From Dehalococcoidia bacterium (GTDB lineage Bacteria; Chloroflexota; Dehalococcoidia; Bin125), in contig CAXXSR010000001.1 of NCBI GenBank assembly GCA_963662615.2, positions 608,001-672,000 of the forward strand: 64,000 nucleotides of DNA, written 5' to 3'. Below, in pieces: positions 19,017 to 29,347 of the stretch. The notes under the pieces were generated by a model that was not told the DNA's origin, did not search any database, and saw only the letters and a program-made list of their open reading frames with translations. A program made the translations under genes and the position numbers. How positions within the stretch are numbered: the first letter of the stretch is position 1; every line of letters begins with the position of its first letter.

Positions 19017-19871
19017 ATGGATAAGCTTTGGGACGACATCTCCGAAGCCTTTACCGGGTTCGACTGGGAGAACGCGGTCGAGATCGGGATCATTGCGATC
19101 GCGATCTTCTGGTTGCTGCGGCTTCTTCGCGGTACCACGGCCATGACCGTCGTTCGCGGCATCTCCTTCGTGGCGGTGACCGTGGTCGTCTTGAGCCGCG
19201 TCCTGGACTCCATCGTGCTCGATTGGATCGTCAACAACGCCCTCGCGGTGCTGGTCCTCTTCGTGCTCATCGTTTTCCAGCCCGAGTTTCGCCGCGCCCT
19301 GGCGCGGGTGGGCCGCACCGGTGGCGTCCGCTCCTGGCTCGGGCTGGGCCGCGACACCTACCACCCGCTCATTGATGTCGTCGCCGAAGCCGCGCTCCAC
19401 CTCGCCGACCGGCGCGCCGGCGCGCTCATCGTCGTGGAGCGCAAGACCGGCTTGCAGGACGTCGTGGAGACGGGCGTCCCCGTGGACGCCGTGCCCAGCG
19501 CCCAGCTCCTGGAGGGCATCTTCTACCCCCACAGCCCCCTCCATGACGGCGCCGTCGTGATCCGCCCTGGACGCGTGGTCGCCGCCTCCTGCATGCTCCC
19601 GCCCTCCACGGAGTTCCTCCCCTCCTCCGTCGGTTACGACGCCGCCGACGGCCATCTCGGCACCCGCCACCGGGCCGCCGTGGGCATCTCGGAGCAGACC
19701 GATGCGGTCGTCGTCGTGGTCTCCGAAGAGACGGGCGTGATCTCGCTCGCGACCGACGGCCGGCTCATCCGTCGCCTCGATCAACGCCGGCTGGAGTCGC
19801 TGCTCGGGTCGCTCTTGAACGGGGACAGGCGCGGCGCCCGCCAGCGCCGGCCCACGGTCGAGAGCGGTTGA
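19017..19871 (+). CDS. cdaA: Membrane-bound diadenylate cyclase CdaA/DacA
   Basis: Three N-terminal TM helices, FQPEFRRAL, PLHDGA, GTRHRAA, VSEETG. Confidence 0.93.
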   Translation: MDKLWDDISEAFTGFDWENAVEIGIIAIAIFWLLRLLRGTTAMTVVRGISFVAVTVVVLSRVLDSIVLDWIVNNALAVLVLFVLIVFQPEFRRALARVGRTGGVRSWLGLGRDTYHPLIDVVAEAALHLADRRAGALIVVERKTGLQDVVETGVPVDAVPSAQLLEGIFYPHSPLHDGAVVIRPGRVVAASCMLPPSTEFLPSSVGYDAADGHLGTRHRAAVGISEQTDAVVVVVSEETGVISLATDGRLIRRLDQRRLESLLGSLLNGDRRGARQRRPTVESG

Positions 19872-19872
19872 C

Positions 19873-21209
19873 ATGCGCTGGCTCCTGTTCAGCCCGCTGA
19901 GGCTGTGGCGAAACACGCGCGGCAGTCTTGCCCTCCTGGCCGCCGCCGGCGCCCTCGCCGTCGTCATCTGGTTCGTCATCACCGACTCCGAGGACGAAGA
20001 CGTGGAGGAGCGATTGGGCTTCGTCCTGGCGATCGAGGCGCTGAACCTTGCGCCGGAGCTGGCCACGGTCAGCCGCATTCCCACCGCCTCGCTCACTATC
20101 GCCGGCCGCCGCGCCGACATCGAGAGCGTCACCTTCGACGACTTCGAGGCGAGCATCGACCTGCGCGGCCTTCCCGCCGGGACGCACGAGATCCTCGTCC
20201 GGGTTCGCTCGCTCGACGCCGACGTGCGCGTGCGCAGCGTCTCGCCGGAGACGGTGGAAGTGACGGTGGAGCCGCGCGTGCAGCGCGTCGATGTGCCGGT
20301 TGCGGTCGTCCTCGTCAACCCGCCCCCCCTCGGTTTCGAGGCGGGGGAACTCACCGTCTCTCCCAGAACCGTCACGCTGAGCGGCATCCAGCAGCTCGTG
20401 GACCTGGTCGACGTCGTCGTCGCCCCGGTCGATGTCAGCACCGCCACCGTGGATCTGGACCTCCTGATCTCCTTGCAGGCGCGTACCAGCACCGGCGCCG
20501 CTGTAAGCGACGTGCAGATCCAGGTCGAACCGCCGACGGTCAACGTGCACGTACCCATCCAGCAGCAGATCTTCCGCCGGGCCGTGACGGTCGCGCCGGA
20601 CGTGGTCGGCCAGCCGGCCTCGGGCTTCCACGTCACCGCCGTGACCGTGCAGCCGCTGACGGTCATTGTCCGCGGCACGCTGGCGGCGTTGGAGAACGTC
20701 GGCGACGCCACCACCGCGGTCGTCGCCATCGCCAACGTGGACGAAGACCTGGAGCGCGTGGTGGCAGTCCGGCCGCCGCCGGGAGTGGAGCTGGAGTCCG
20801 ACCTCCGCGCCACCGTCCGCGTGGAGGTGGAACCGCTGACCGCCCAGGCCGTATTCGATGTGGCCGTGCGGGTCGTGAATCTGGGCGACGGGCTCGAGGC
20901 GGGGGTGACCCCACGGACGGTGGCGATCACGGTGGTGGGGCCGGTCTCGGTCATCTCCGACCTGCTCAACGCCTCCTTCCGCGTCACCGCCGACGCCGAC
21001 GGCCTCGGAGAGGGCGCACACGACGTGCCCGTCCAGGTGAGCTTCAGCGGCGGCGTGGACCTCAGCGGCGTCCAGCCGGAAGACGTAGGCCTGCTGATCG
21101 TGCCGCTGGAGCCTCCTGAGGAAGCCGAGCCGAGCGAGGGCGAGCCGCGCCGAGCGAAGCCGCGCCGAGCGAGGGCGATGCCGCGCCGAGCGAGGGCACG
21201 TCGTCATGA
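19873..21209 (+). CDS. cdaR: CdaR/YbbR-repeat protein; apparent 1-nt frameshift in the C-terminal repeat (reads to 21390 as given)
   Basis: Follows cdaA; N-terminal TM plus several beta-rich YbbR-like repeats. Restoring one base near 21143 ends the gene at TGA 21207-21209, overlapping the der ATG. Confidence 0.8.
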
Positions 21210-22546
21210 CCGGCCCGGCGCCCGCGCTCCCGCTCATTGCCATCGTGGGCCGGCCCAACGTGGGCAAGTCCGCCCTCTTCAACCGCATCGTGGGCCGGCG
21301 CAAGGCCATCGTGCAGGGCCTGCCCGGCACCACCCGGGACCGCAACTACGCAGAGGCGGAGTGGCGGGGCCGCCCCTTCCAAATCGTTGACACCGGTGGT
21401 CTCTTGGGTGAGCAGCTCACCGGCGACTACGCGGAGTCCGTCGCGGCGCAGGTGGAGCAGGCCATGGACGAGGCCGCCGCGATCTGCTTCGTCGTCGACG
21501 TGCAGAGCCGCGTCCTGCCGGCGGACGAAGACGTGGCGGCGCGACTGCGCCAGGCCGCCCAGCCGGTCTATCTGGTCGCCAACAAGGCCGACAATGACGC
21601 CATGGCCGCTGCCGCCGCCGACTTCTACGCCTTCGGACTGGGAGAGCCCCACGTCGTCAGCGCCCAGCACGGGCGCGGGGTCGGCGACCTCCTGGACTTC
21701 CTGGTGGAGGGGCTGCCCACCGCCGCCTTGCTCCAGTCGGCCGTCGATTGCAACCTTGCTATCGTGGGCCGGCCGAACGTGGGCAAATCCTCCCTCGTCA
21801 ACGCGATCCTCCGGGAAGAGCGCATGATCGTCAGCACGACGCCGGGCACCACCCGCGACGCCGTCGATACGGCCGTCGACTTCGGGGACCGCCGCCTGGT
21901 CCTGGTGGACACCGCCGGCATCCGCCGCCGCGGCCGGGTGGAGCGGGGCACGGAGCGCGCATCCGTGAATCGGGCCCAAGCCGCGGTGGCCCGCGCCGAC
22001 GTGGTGGCGATCGTCCTGGACGGCGGTCGCGACGTGGCGGCGCAGGATCAGCACATCCTGGGCCGGGCCCTGGACGCCTACAAGGGCGTCATCCTCGTCG
22101 TCAACAAGGCGGACCTCTTGCGCGGCGACGCGGAGCTCCAGGATCGACGGCGCCGGCAACTGCGCTGGCGCGCACACTTCGTCCCCTGGGCCCCGGTCGT
22201 CTGGACCTCCGCCCTCCGCGGCGAGCACCTGGACGAGCTGCTGCAGACGGTGCTAAATGTCGCCGACGTCCGGCGCCGGCGCGTGCCCACGTCCCAGCTC
22301 AATGCGTTGCTGATTCGCGCCACGGCGGCGCACCCGCCGGCCACCTTCCGGGGGCGCCCGATCAAGTTCTTTTACGCCACCCAGGCCGCGATTGAGCCGC
22401 CCACCTTTGTGTTCTTCGTCAATTATCCAGAGGCCGTCCATTTTTCCTACCAGCGCTACCTGCAGCGCCGCATTCGTGAGGAGTTCGGCTTCTTGGGGGC
22501 GGCGCTTCGCTTGCACTTCCGCCCCCGGAATGACGGCCATGGTTGA
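21206..22546 (+). CDS. der: Ribosome biogenesis GTPase Der (EngA)
   Basis: Two GRPNVGKS / GTTRD / DTxG / NKxD GTPase domains plus a KH-like C-terminus. Confidence 0.96.
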   Translation: MTGPAPALPLIAIVGRPNVGKSALFNRIVGRRKAIVQGLPGTTRDRNYAEAEWRGRPFQIVDTGGLLGEQLTGDYAESVAAQVEQAMDEAAAICFVVDVQSRVLPADEDVAARLRQAAQPVYLVANKADNDAMAAAAADFYAFGLGEPHVVSAQHGRGVGDLLDFLVEGLPTAALLQSAVDCNLAIVGRPNVGKSSLVNAILREERMIVSTTPGTTRDAVDTAVDFGDRRLVLVDTAGIRRRGRVERGTERASVNRAQAAVARADVVAIVLDGGRDVAAQDQHILGRALDAYKGVILVVNKADLLRGDAELQDRRRRQLRWRAHFVPWAPVVWTSALRGEHLDELLQTVLNVADVRRRRVPTSQLNALLIRATAAHPPATFRGRPIKFFYATQAAIEPPTFVFFVNYPEAVHFSYQRYLQRRIREEFGFLGAALRLHFRPRNDGHG

Positions 22547-23186
22547 AGCCTGGGTGGTCGGCCTGGTGGGCGGCTATCTGATCGGCTCCGTGCCAATGGG
22601 GTTGTGGATCGGTCGTTGGTGCCGCGGCGTTGACCTCCGCGCGGGCGGCAGCGGCAAGATTGGCGCCACCAACGTCTACCGCAGCTTGGGCCTGCGCTGG
22701 TCCTTGCTGGTGTTCCTGCTGGACACCGCCAAGGGCGTTGTTGCGGTCGCCATCGTCCGCTTCGCCTTCGACAGCCCCACCGCCGACGTGCTCGCCGGCC
22801 TCGCCGCCCTCATTGGGCATGTCTATCCGCTCTTCGCCGGCTTCCGCGGCGGCCGCGCCGCCGCCACCGGCCTGGGCACCGTCCTCATCCTCACGCCCTC
22901 CGCCGGCGGTATCGCGATCTGCGTCTGGCTCGGCGTGCTCGCCGGCGGGCGGATCATGTCGCTCGCCGTCCTGCTGGCGCTGACGGTCTCCTCGGTCACC
23001 CAGGGGCTGCTGGTGGCCTACGGCGGCGAGCCGGACGCGTATTATGGCTTCGTCGTGGCCTCTTGGGTGATCATCATAATCGCGCATCGGGATAACATCC
23101 GGCGGCTCGCCAGCGGCTCCGAGCACGCGCTCCGCCTCCCCAGCGCGCGCCGCGCTTCCGTCCTGGACCCCGGCGGGGGGAGCTGA
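22539..23186 (+). CDS. plsY: Glycerol-3-phosphate acyltransferase PlsY
   Basis: YLIGSVP, GSGKIGATNVYR, DTAKG, GHVYPLF, HRDNIRRL; lies between der and gpsA. Confidence 0.92.
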   Translation: MVEAWVVGLVGGYLIGSVPMGLWIGRWCRGVDLRAGGSGKIGATNVYRSLGLRWSLLVFLLDTAKGVVAVAIVRFAFDSPTADVLAGLAALIGHVYPLFAGFRGGRAAATGLGTVLILTPSAGGIAICVWLGVLAGGRIMSLAVLLALTVSSVTQGLLVAYGGEPDAYYGFVVASWVIIIIAHRDNIRRLASGSEHALRLPSARRASVLDPGGGS

Positions 23187-23190
23187 GGGC

Positions 23191-24234
23191 ATGCGCGTCT
23201 GTGTCGTGGGAGCCACGTCCTGGGGCTGTACCCTCGCCATCCAGCTGGACCGCGCCGGCACCCAGGTCGGCGTGCTCTGCCGGACGACGGCGGAGGCGGA
23301 GCAGCTCGCCTCCCAGCGCGAACACCGCCGCCTCTTGCCCGGCATCACCCTGCCGGAGCCGGTCCGCTTCCTCGCCGCTCCCCAGGACGCCGGTCCCCAG
23401 GACGCCGGGCCCTGGGATGCCATCATCTTCGCCGTGCCGGCCCAGCGCTTCCGCGAGAATTTGCGCGCCGTCCTGCCGGCCTTAGGGCGGCCGCCTCCGC
23501 CCCTCGTCAGCGCCAGCAAGGGGCTGGAGACCGGAACCGAGCGGCGCATGTCGGAGGTGATCCAGGAAGAGCTGGCCGCCGCCGCGACCAGCGCCCCCGT
23601 CGCCGCCATCTCGGGCCCCAACATCGCGCGCGAAGTGGCGCTGGCGCAGCCGGCGACGACCGTCGTCGCCGGCGACGACGCCGCTCTGACCGCGCGACTG
23701 CGCGACATGCTCATGTCGCCCACCTTCCGCGTCTATACCAACCCGGACCTCGTGGGCGTGGAGCTGGGCGGCGCGCTCAAGAACGTCGTCGCCATCGGCG
23801 TCGGCATCGGCGACACCCTCAACGCGGGCGCCAATGCGCGCGCGGCCTTCCTCACCCGCGGGCTGACCGAGATGGCCCGCCTCGGCGTCGCGCTGGGCGC
23901 CAGCCCCCTGACCTTCGCCGGGCTCGCCTGCTTGGGCGACCTCATCGCCACCGCCGTCAGCCCGCACTCGCGCAACCGCTACGTCGGCGAGCAGCTGGGC
24001 CGCGGGCAGACCCTGGCCGAGATCCTGGCCGGCATGGTCCATGTGGCGGAAGGGATCGAAACGACCCGGGCGGCGCATCACCTCGCCCGTCGCGTCGGCA
24101 TCGACATGCCCATCGTCGACGGGATCTACCAGGTCCTCTTCGCCGGCGGACGCCCCAGCGACGTCATTCATGGACTCATGACTCGCCACGCCCAAGATGA
24201 ATTGGAGGGGCTGCCCACGATCTTCCGCGACTGA
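23191..24234 (+). CDS. gpsA: NAD(P)H-dependent glycerol-3-phosphate dehydrogenase
   Basis: SKGLE, SGPNIAREV, GVELGGALKNVVAI, GDLIAT, SRNR, AEG. Confidence 0.95.
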   Translation: MRVCVVGATSWGCTLAIQLDRAGTQVGVLCRTTAEAEQLASQREHRRLLPGITLPEPVRFLAAPQDAGPQDAGPWDAIIFAVPAQRFRENLRAVLPALGRPPPPLVSASKGLETGTERRMSEVIQEELAAAATSAPVAAISGPNIAREVALAQPATTVVAGDDAALTARLRDMLMSPTFRVYTNPDLVGVELGGALKNVVAIGVGIGDTLNAGANARAAFLTRGLTEMARLGVALGASPLTFAGLACLGDLIATAVSPHSRNRYVGEQLGRGQTLAEILAGMVHVAEGIETTRAAHHLARRVGIDMPIVDGIYQVLFAGGRPSDVIHGLMTRHAQDELEGLPTIFRD

Positions 24235-24362
24235 CGCGTCGCACGGGGCGTTGCGGCGTGGTTGCCTGGGCAGGCGCCGGCGTCGGCCATAGACTGAAGC
24301 GAAGGACAGGGTGGACCGTCACACGCGCGTTCACCACCGGCACAACCAGAGGAGCGGCGAAA

Positions 24363-25328
24363 CTGGCAAGCGATAACGGGGAAGGGCGGCGTGAGGCGCT
24401 CGACGGCGATTGGGACGCCGTCGTCGCGGCGATCGGCAACGGTGACACCGACCTCTCAGCCGACCAGCTCGGTGCCCTCAGCGACCTTGACTCTGATCGC
24501 CGGCGCGCCTTCACGGCGGCGCTGCGGCAGCTCGACGCCTCCGCCCGCTTCGCCTTCCTGGACTGCCTCCTCGCGGCGGCGGACGAGGTGCTGATGCTCG
24601 ACTTCACCGCCGTCTGTCTGGAGTGCGTGCAGGATGCGGATCCCACCGTGCGGGCCCTCGCCAGCAGCGGCCTCGCCAACGACGAAGGCCGCGACGCCTT
24701 GCCCGTGCTGCTCCGGCTCGCCCGCAGCGATCCGGATGAACGCGTGCGCTCCGAGGCCGCGCTGGCCCTGGCGCCGTTCGCCTTGCGCGCCGAGCTGGGG
24801 GAGCTGCCCGGCGCCGATCGTGACCTGGTCGTCCGCACCCTGCGCGAGGCGGTCACGGACGTTGCCGAAGAGCCCCACGTCCAGGCCGGCGCCCTCGCCG
24901 CTCTCGGCGCCATCGGCGAGCCCTGGGTGCAGGAGCTGATCTTCGACGCCTACGAATCCGGTGACGCCGCCCTCCGCCTCGGCGCCGTGGAGGCCATGGG
25001 GCGCAGCGCCGACGACTACTGGCTCCCCACCGTTATCAACGTCATGGCCAGCGCCGATGAGGATGAGCGCATCGCCGCGGCTGGCGCCGCCGGCGAGATT
25101 GGCGATGAGGATGCGCTGGTCCCCGTCGCCGAGTTGCTGGAGGACGACAGCATCGACGTCGTGCTGGTGGCGGCCCGGGCCCTTGGAGACATCGGCGGCG
25201 CGGCGGCAATGGAGCGGCTACAGCCATACAGCACCCATCCCGACGCCAACGTCCGCGCGGTGGTGAAGGCCGCCTTGGAGGAGGCCCGCTACGCGGACGA
25301 TCCCCTGGGTATGAGCCGAAAGCGCTGA
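24363..25328 (+). CDS. HEAT-repeat protein; probable CTG start
   Basis: Repeated D.D..VR..AA.ALG units; SD AGAGGAG 8 nt before the CTG at 24363. Confidence 0.8.
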   Translation: MASDNGEGRREALDGDWDAVVAAIGNGDTDLSADQLGALSDLDSDRRRAFTAALRQLDASARFAFLDCLLAAADEVLMLDFTAVCLECVQDADPTVRALASSGLANDEGRDALPVLLRLARSDPDERVRSEAALALAPFALRAELGELPGADRDLVVRTLREAVTDVAEEPHVQAGALAALGAIGEPWVQELIFDAYESGDAALRLGAVEAMGRSADDYWLPTVINVMASADEDERIAAAGAAGEIGDEDALVPVAELLEDDSIDVVLVAARALGDIGGAAAMERLQPYSTHPDANVRAVVKAALEEARYADDPLGMSRKR

Positions 25329-25346
25329 GGCGGGCGGGGGCGGATC

Positions 25347-25826
25347 ATGGCTGCGCGGGCGCGCTTCCAGACCAAACAGGCCGTCTCCGCCGGCGGCGTT
25401 GTCTATCGTCTCGGGCCGGCGGGGGTGGAGGTCCTCCTCCTGGAGACGGATCACGGCGTCTGGGGCCTGCCCAAGGGCACCCCTGACGACGGCGAGACCC
25501 TGGCCCAGACCGCGCTGCGCGAAGTCCGCGAAGAGACCGGCCTGGACGTGGCTCTGGACGCGAAAGTCGGTGCCATTGCCTACTGGTTCGTGCGGGCCGC
25601 CCAGCGCGAGCGCTTCCACAAATACGTGCACTTCTGGCTCATGCGGCCCGTGGGCGGCAGTCTCGACCTGCATGACGCCGAGCACCGCACCGTGCGCTGG
25701 TTCCCGTTGCCGGAGGCCATTGAGCGGATTACCCACGCCAACGCCGCCGAGATCTTGCAGAAAGCGGGAACGTTGCTCGCCTCCCGCCAGGCCCAGGCGA
25801 AGGACACCAGCGAGGGCCTGCCATGA
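25347..25826 (+). CDS. Nudix hydrolase
   Basis: SAGGVV, WGLPKG...GETLAQTALREVREETG. Confidence 0.9.
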   Translation: MAARARFQTKQAVSAGGVVYRLGPAGVEVLLLETDHGVWGLPKGTPDDGETLAQTALREVREETGLDVALDAKVGAIAYWFVRAAQRERFHKYVHFWLMRPVGGSLDLHDAEHRTVRWFPLPEAIERITHANAAEILQKAGTLLASRQAQAKDTSEGLP

Positions 25827-26410
25827 CCGCCACCGAGAGCGACGTCATTGCCGCCGGCGCCCGCGTCGTCCTGCGCCGCAAGCGCCTGTCAGACGCGGCC
25901 AACGACTACGCCTGGCGCCGCGACGCGGAGCTGGCCCGCTACGACGCCGCCACGCCCACCTCCCTCAGCTATGACGAATTTCTGGCCACCTTCAGGGAAG
26001 AGCTTCGCCATGCGCAGCCGGTCCGCCGCACCTACGCCGTGGACGACCGCGAGGGCGGGCACATTGGCAACGTGATGTACTACAACATCGACCATCGGCG
26101 GCGGGAGGCGGAACTGGGGATCACTATTGGCGATCCCGCCTATTGGGGCCGGGGCTGCGGCAGCGAAGCCGTCGCGCTGCTGGTGGACTACATCTTCACC
26201 GAAACCCCGCTGACGCGCGTCTACCTGCACACGCTGGATTGGAACGTGCGGGCCCAGCGCAGCTTCGCCGGCGCCGGCTTCCGGCCCTGCGGGCGCACGC
26301 GCCGCGGTCACCATCGCTTCCAGATCATGGAGATCCGCCGCGCCTGGCTCTGGCAGCGCGATTACCCCCGCCGCGCCCGCAAGCGCCCGCCCCGGCGGGG
26401 ACGCTCGTAG
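25823..26410 (+). CDS. GNAT N-acetyltransferase (RimJ/RimL-like)
   Basis: HIGN, AELGITIGDPAYWGRGCG, NVRAQRSFAGAGF. Confidence 0.85.
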   Translation: MTATESDVIAAGARVVLRRKRLSDAANDYAWRRDAELARYDAATPTSLSYDEFLATFREELRHAQPVRRTYAVDDREGGHIGNVMYYNIDHRRREAELGITIGDPAYWGRGCGSEAVALLVDYIFTETPLTRVYLHTLDWNVRAQRSFAGAGFRPCGRTRRGHHRFQIMEIRRAWLWQRDYPRRARKRPPRRGRS

Positions 26411-26442
26411 GCTCCGTCGCGCTCGTCCGCTCCCGGCAGCCG

Positions 26443-27441
26443 TCAGCTCGACGCGGCCTCCAGCACGCCCCGCCCCGGCACGTCAATATCGGCGCGCGGG
26501 GGCGCCGCGTTCGCCACCCCGCCCATGAGCTGCGCGGGGACCTGCGCGCGCAGCTCCTCCAGCGTCCACAGCCCCGGCTTCCAGATCTGCCGCTCGGGCG
26601 GGTACAGCTGCGGCAGCACGCCCACCCGGCCGCCGCCCACGGCGAAGGTCTGCCCGTTGATGTTCCAGGCCTCATCCAAGAGCAAATACACCACCATGGG
26701 CGCTACCATCTCCGGCCCCCGCAGGCCCATGGCCGCTTCCCGGGCCCGCTCCTCTTGCAGCTGTTCCATCGTCGCTCCACCGGGCGCGCCAATGCCCGCC
26801 GCCGCCCGCCGCGTCAACGCCTCCGTCGGCACCGACGCCGTCAGCCGCGTCGCCGCGCTGGGGGCAATGGCGTTGCAGGTGACGCCGTAGCGGCCCAGAT
26901 CCCGCGCCACCACGCGCGTCAGCCCCGCCACGCCGGCCTTCGCCGCGCCGTAGTTCGCCTGCCCAGTGTTGCCCTGCAGGCCGCTGACCGAGGTGAAATT
27001 GATGATCCGCCCGTAGCGCTGCTGCCGGAAGACGATCGCCGCCGCCTTGATAGTCGTGAAGTGGCCCTTGAGGTCCACGCGGATGACCTCGTCCCACTCC
27101 TCTTCGGTCATGTTGAAGACCATGCGGTCGCGCAGGATGGCGGCCAGATTCACCAACCCGTCCAGCCGGCCGAAGGCGTCCAGCGCCTGCTGGACCACGG
27201 ATTCCCCGCCCTCCATGGTGGAGACGTCCGCGTAATTGGACACAGCCTCGCCCCCGGCCGCCCGCACGTCTTGCACCACCTGGTCCGCCGGGCCGTTGTC
27301 GTGGCCGTCGCCGTCCACGTTGACGCCCGCGTCATTGACGACCAGCTTCGCCCCTTCCGTCGCCGCCAGCAGCGCCACCTCACGGCCAATGCCGCGGCCC
27401 GCGCCGGTCAGCGCGATCACCCTGCCGTCCAACAATCCCAT
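26443..27441 (-). CDS. SDR family oxidoreductase (3-hydroxyacyl-CoA dehydrogenase-like)
   Basis: TGAGRGIG, VVND, NLAAILRD, GQANYGAAKAG (YxxxK). Confidence 0.92.
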   Translation of the reverse strand: MGLLDGRVIALTGAGRGIGREVALLAATEGAKLVVNDAGVNVDGDGHDNGPADQVVQDVRAAGGEAVSNYADVSTMEGGESVVQQALDAFGRLDGLVNLAAILRDRMVFNMTEEEWDEVIRVDLKGHFTTIKAAAIVFRQQRYGRIINFTSVSGLQGNTGQANYGAAKAGVAGLTRVVARDLGRYGVTCNAIAPSAATRLTASVPTEALTRRAAAGIGAPGGATMEQLQEERAREAAMGLRGPEMVAPMVVYLLLDEAWNINGQTFAVGGGRVGVLPQLYPPERQIWKPGLWTLEELRAQVPAQLMGGVANAAPPRADIDVPGRGVLEAASS

Positions 27442-27487
27442 CTCCATCGCTCCTCTCCTGCGCACGCGCCTCTGCTCCGCCCCGGGC

Positions 27488-27919
27488 CTACCCCCGCGAC
27501 GGCAGCGTCACGATGCCGGATCCCTGGGTGGTCTTCTGCCCGTCCTCATTCTCTCCCCAGATTTCCAGCTCCAGAAAATTATCCGCGCCTTCTTGGTATT
27601 TCTTGCGCACCGTTCCCCGCAGCCGGAACGGCTTGCCCGGCACGTCCATGCCCCGATACGAGCAGGTTACGCGCTTCACCCGCCCGCCCGGCGCCGCCAG
27701 CCGGTGCAGCAGCTGCCCCAGCCAGGCATGCTTCAACGCGCCATGAAGAATAATGCCGTCCAGCCCCGCGCTCTCCGCGAAGTCCTTGTCGTAGTGAATC
27801 TGGTAGAAGTCGCCCGAGGCGGCGGCCCACTGCACCAGCTGCAGTGGGGTTGGGCTCTTGACCAGCTCCGGGATCGGGTCGCCCTCGTTGAGATCCTCAA
27901 AGTAGATCTGCTCGGCCAC
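27488..27919 (-). CDS. MaoC-type dehydratase (catalytic hot-dog subunit)
   Basis: YFEDLNEGD, WAAASGDFYQIHYD...ILHG hydratase motif. Confidence 0.87.
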   Translation of the reverse strand: MAEQIYFEDLNEGDPIPELVKSPTPLQLVQWAAASGDFYQIHYDKDFAESAGLDGIILHGALKHAWLGQLLHRLAAPGGRVKRVTCSYRGMDVPGKPFRLRGTVRKKYQEGADNFLELEIWGENEDGQKTTQGSGIVTLPSRG

Positions 27920-27933
27920 CACATTCCCTCGCG

Positions 27934-28530
27934 CTATTCCGCGTCCTCGGGCCGGCGGCCGTACGAGATCGTCGTCCCCCGACCGATCGCTACCAGGCGC
28001 CCCTCCTGGTTCGTGTAGGTCGTGGAGATCGTCTGGATCAGGATGGGGCTGCCCAACGCCGTGCTGTAACGCTCGGCCAAGCTCTCCAGCTTGCTGACGG
28101 CCGTGAGCACGTCGCCGGCGCACAGCCCTGCATCGAAGAACTCTAGGTCGGTGCCGCCGTTGAGGACGAACTGATGCGGCGAGCGCACACGCGCGCCGGC
28201 GTCTCGACGGCCGCTGGAGACGGGGTCGGAGCGCTCGGGATCGAAAACGGGCGTGCCCAGGTATCCCGGCGGCGCCGGGAGATCCCGGTAGCCCTGGCTC
28301 TGCGCCACCGCTCGGTCGTAGAAGACGGGGTCCGCGTAGCCCACGGCCCGCGCGAACATGCGCACGCTGGTGCTGGTGACCTCATACGTCAGCGGCGCTG
28401 CCTCCAGCCCGATCTTCGCTCGCATCTCCTCCGTGATCACGGAGTCGAACTGTGGTTGGGTGGAGATCGTGACCCGCTCTCCTCGCCGTTCCTGCGCCCC
28501 GGCCGCGTCATCGCTGCGCGCTTCAGTCAT
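27934..28530 (-). CDS. MaoC dehydratase N-terminal-like (FAS1-like) protein
   Basis: VRMFARAVG..DPVFYD..A...GY..LPAPPGY, LNGGTDLEF, AGDVL; adjacent to its MaoC partner. Confidence 0.82.
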   Translation of the reverse strand: MTEARSDDAAGAQERRGERVTISTQPQFDSVITEEMRAKIGLEAAPLTYEVTSTSVRMFARAVGYADPVFYDRAVAQSQGYRDLPAPPGYLGTPVFDPERSDPVSSGRRDAGARVRSPHQFVLNGGTDLEFFDAGLCAGDVLTAVSKLESLAERYSTALGSPILIQTISTTYTNQEGRLVAIGRGTTISYGRRPEDAE

Positions 28531-28632
28531 GAACCAATGCCGTCCCCGCGCGCGCACGGGAGCAACGCCGCCGCGAAGGGCGGCACAGCATAGGCCCCGT
28601 CGAAAACGGGTGTCAAACCGGCGCGGCGCAAC

Positions 28633-29307
28633 CTATTCCACCCGCCCCAGCGGCGCCGCGTACTCGCGGCCGCTCTCAAGATCAACGGCCGCAAAGCGCC
28701 CGCCCTTAAGCTCCCGCACCAAGTCCTGCCACGTCTCAATCCGGTCTGACTCGAAGTGCGTGGCGACCTTGCCCACATGGTGCACCGCGTGCGAATCGGT
28801 GCCGGCGGTCCCCGGCAGCGCCAGCATGCCGCACAGCTCTTGGCTGAAACGGTTCTCGCGATCGCTCCCACGGCCGTTCAACGCCTCCAGCGCGACCGTG
28901 TGCACGAAGGCGGGGATCCGGGACGCCCGCTCCAGCGCCGCTTGCCACTCCTTCGCATCATCCCGCCATGGGAGCCGCCCCCGGTACGGGTGGGCGGCGA
29001 CCAGGCAGCCGCCTCGCTCCTGCACGTGCTCCGCCAGGCGCTCGGTGCGGTGCATGCCGAACACGTAGCGCTCAATTCCGAAGGCCAAGATGTGTCCGTC
29101 GTCCGTGCTGATCTCCGCCCCCGCCAGCACCAGGAAGTCATGCTCCTCGGCGAGCTTCGCGATCTCCGCCGCCGGCCAGACCGAGTCGTGCTCCGTCAGG
29201 CAGATCCCGTCCAGGCCCGCGGCTCGCGCCCGTTCGATCAGATCGCTGGGGTCCAGGACGGAATCGTGTGATCGGGGCCAGGTGTGGTTGTGGAGGTCGA
29301 TCAGCAT
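28633..29307 (-). CDS. PHP domain metallophosphoesterase
   Basis: DLHNHT, DS, LTEHD, GAE, GH, AHP, GTDSH. Confidence 0.9.
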   Translation of the reverse strand: MLIDLHNHTWPRSHDSVLDPSDLIERARAAGLDGICLTEHDSVWPAAEIAKLAEEHDFLVLAGAEISTDDGHILAFGIERYVFGMHRTERLAEHVQERGGCLVAAHPYRGRLPWRDDAKEWQAALERASRIPAFVHTVALEALNGRGSDRENRFSQELCGMLALPGTAGTDSHAVHHVGKVATHFESDRIETWQDLVRELKGGRFAAVDLESGREYAAPLGRVE

Positions 29308-29347
29308 GCTGTGCCCTCCCCAACCCCTGCCGGCCCCCGGCCGCTCG

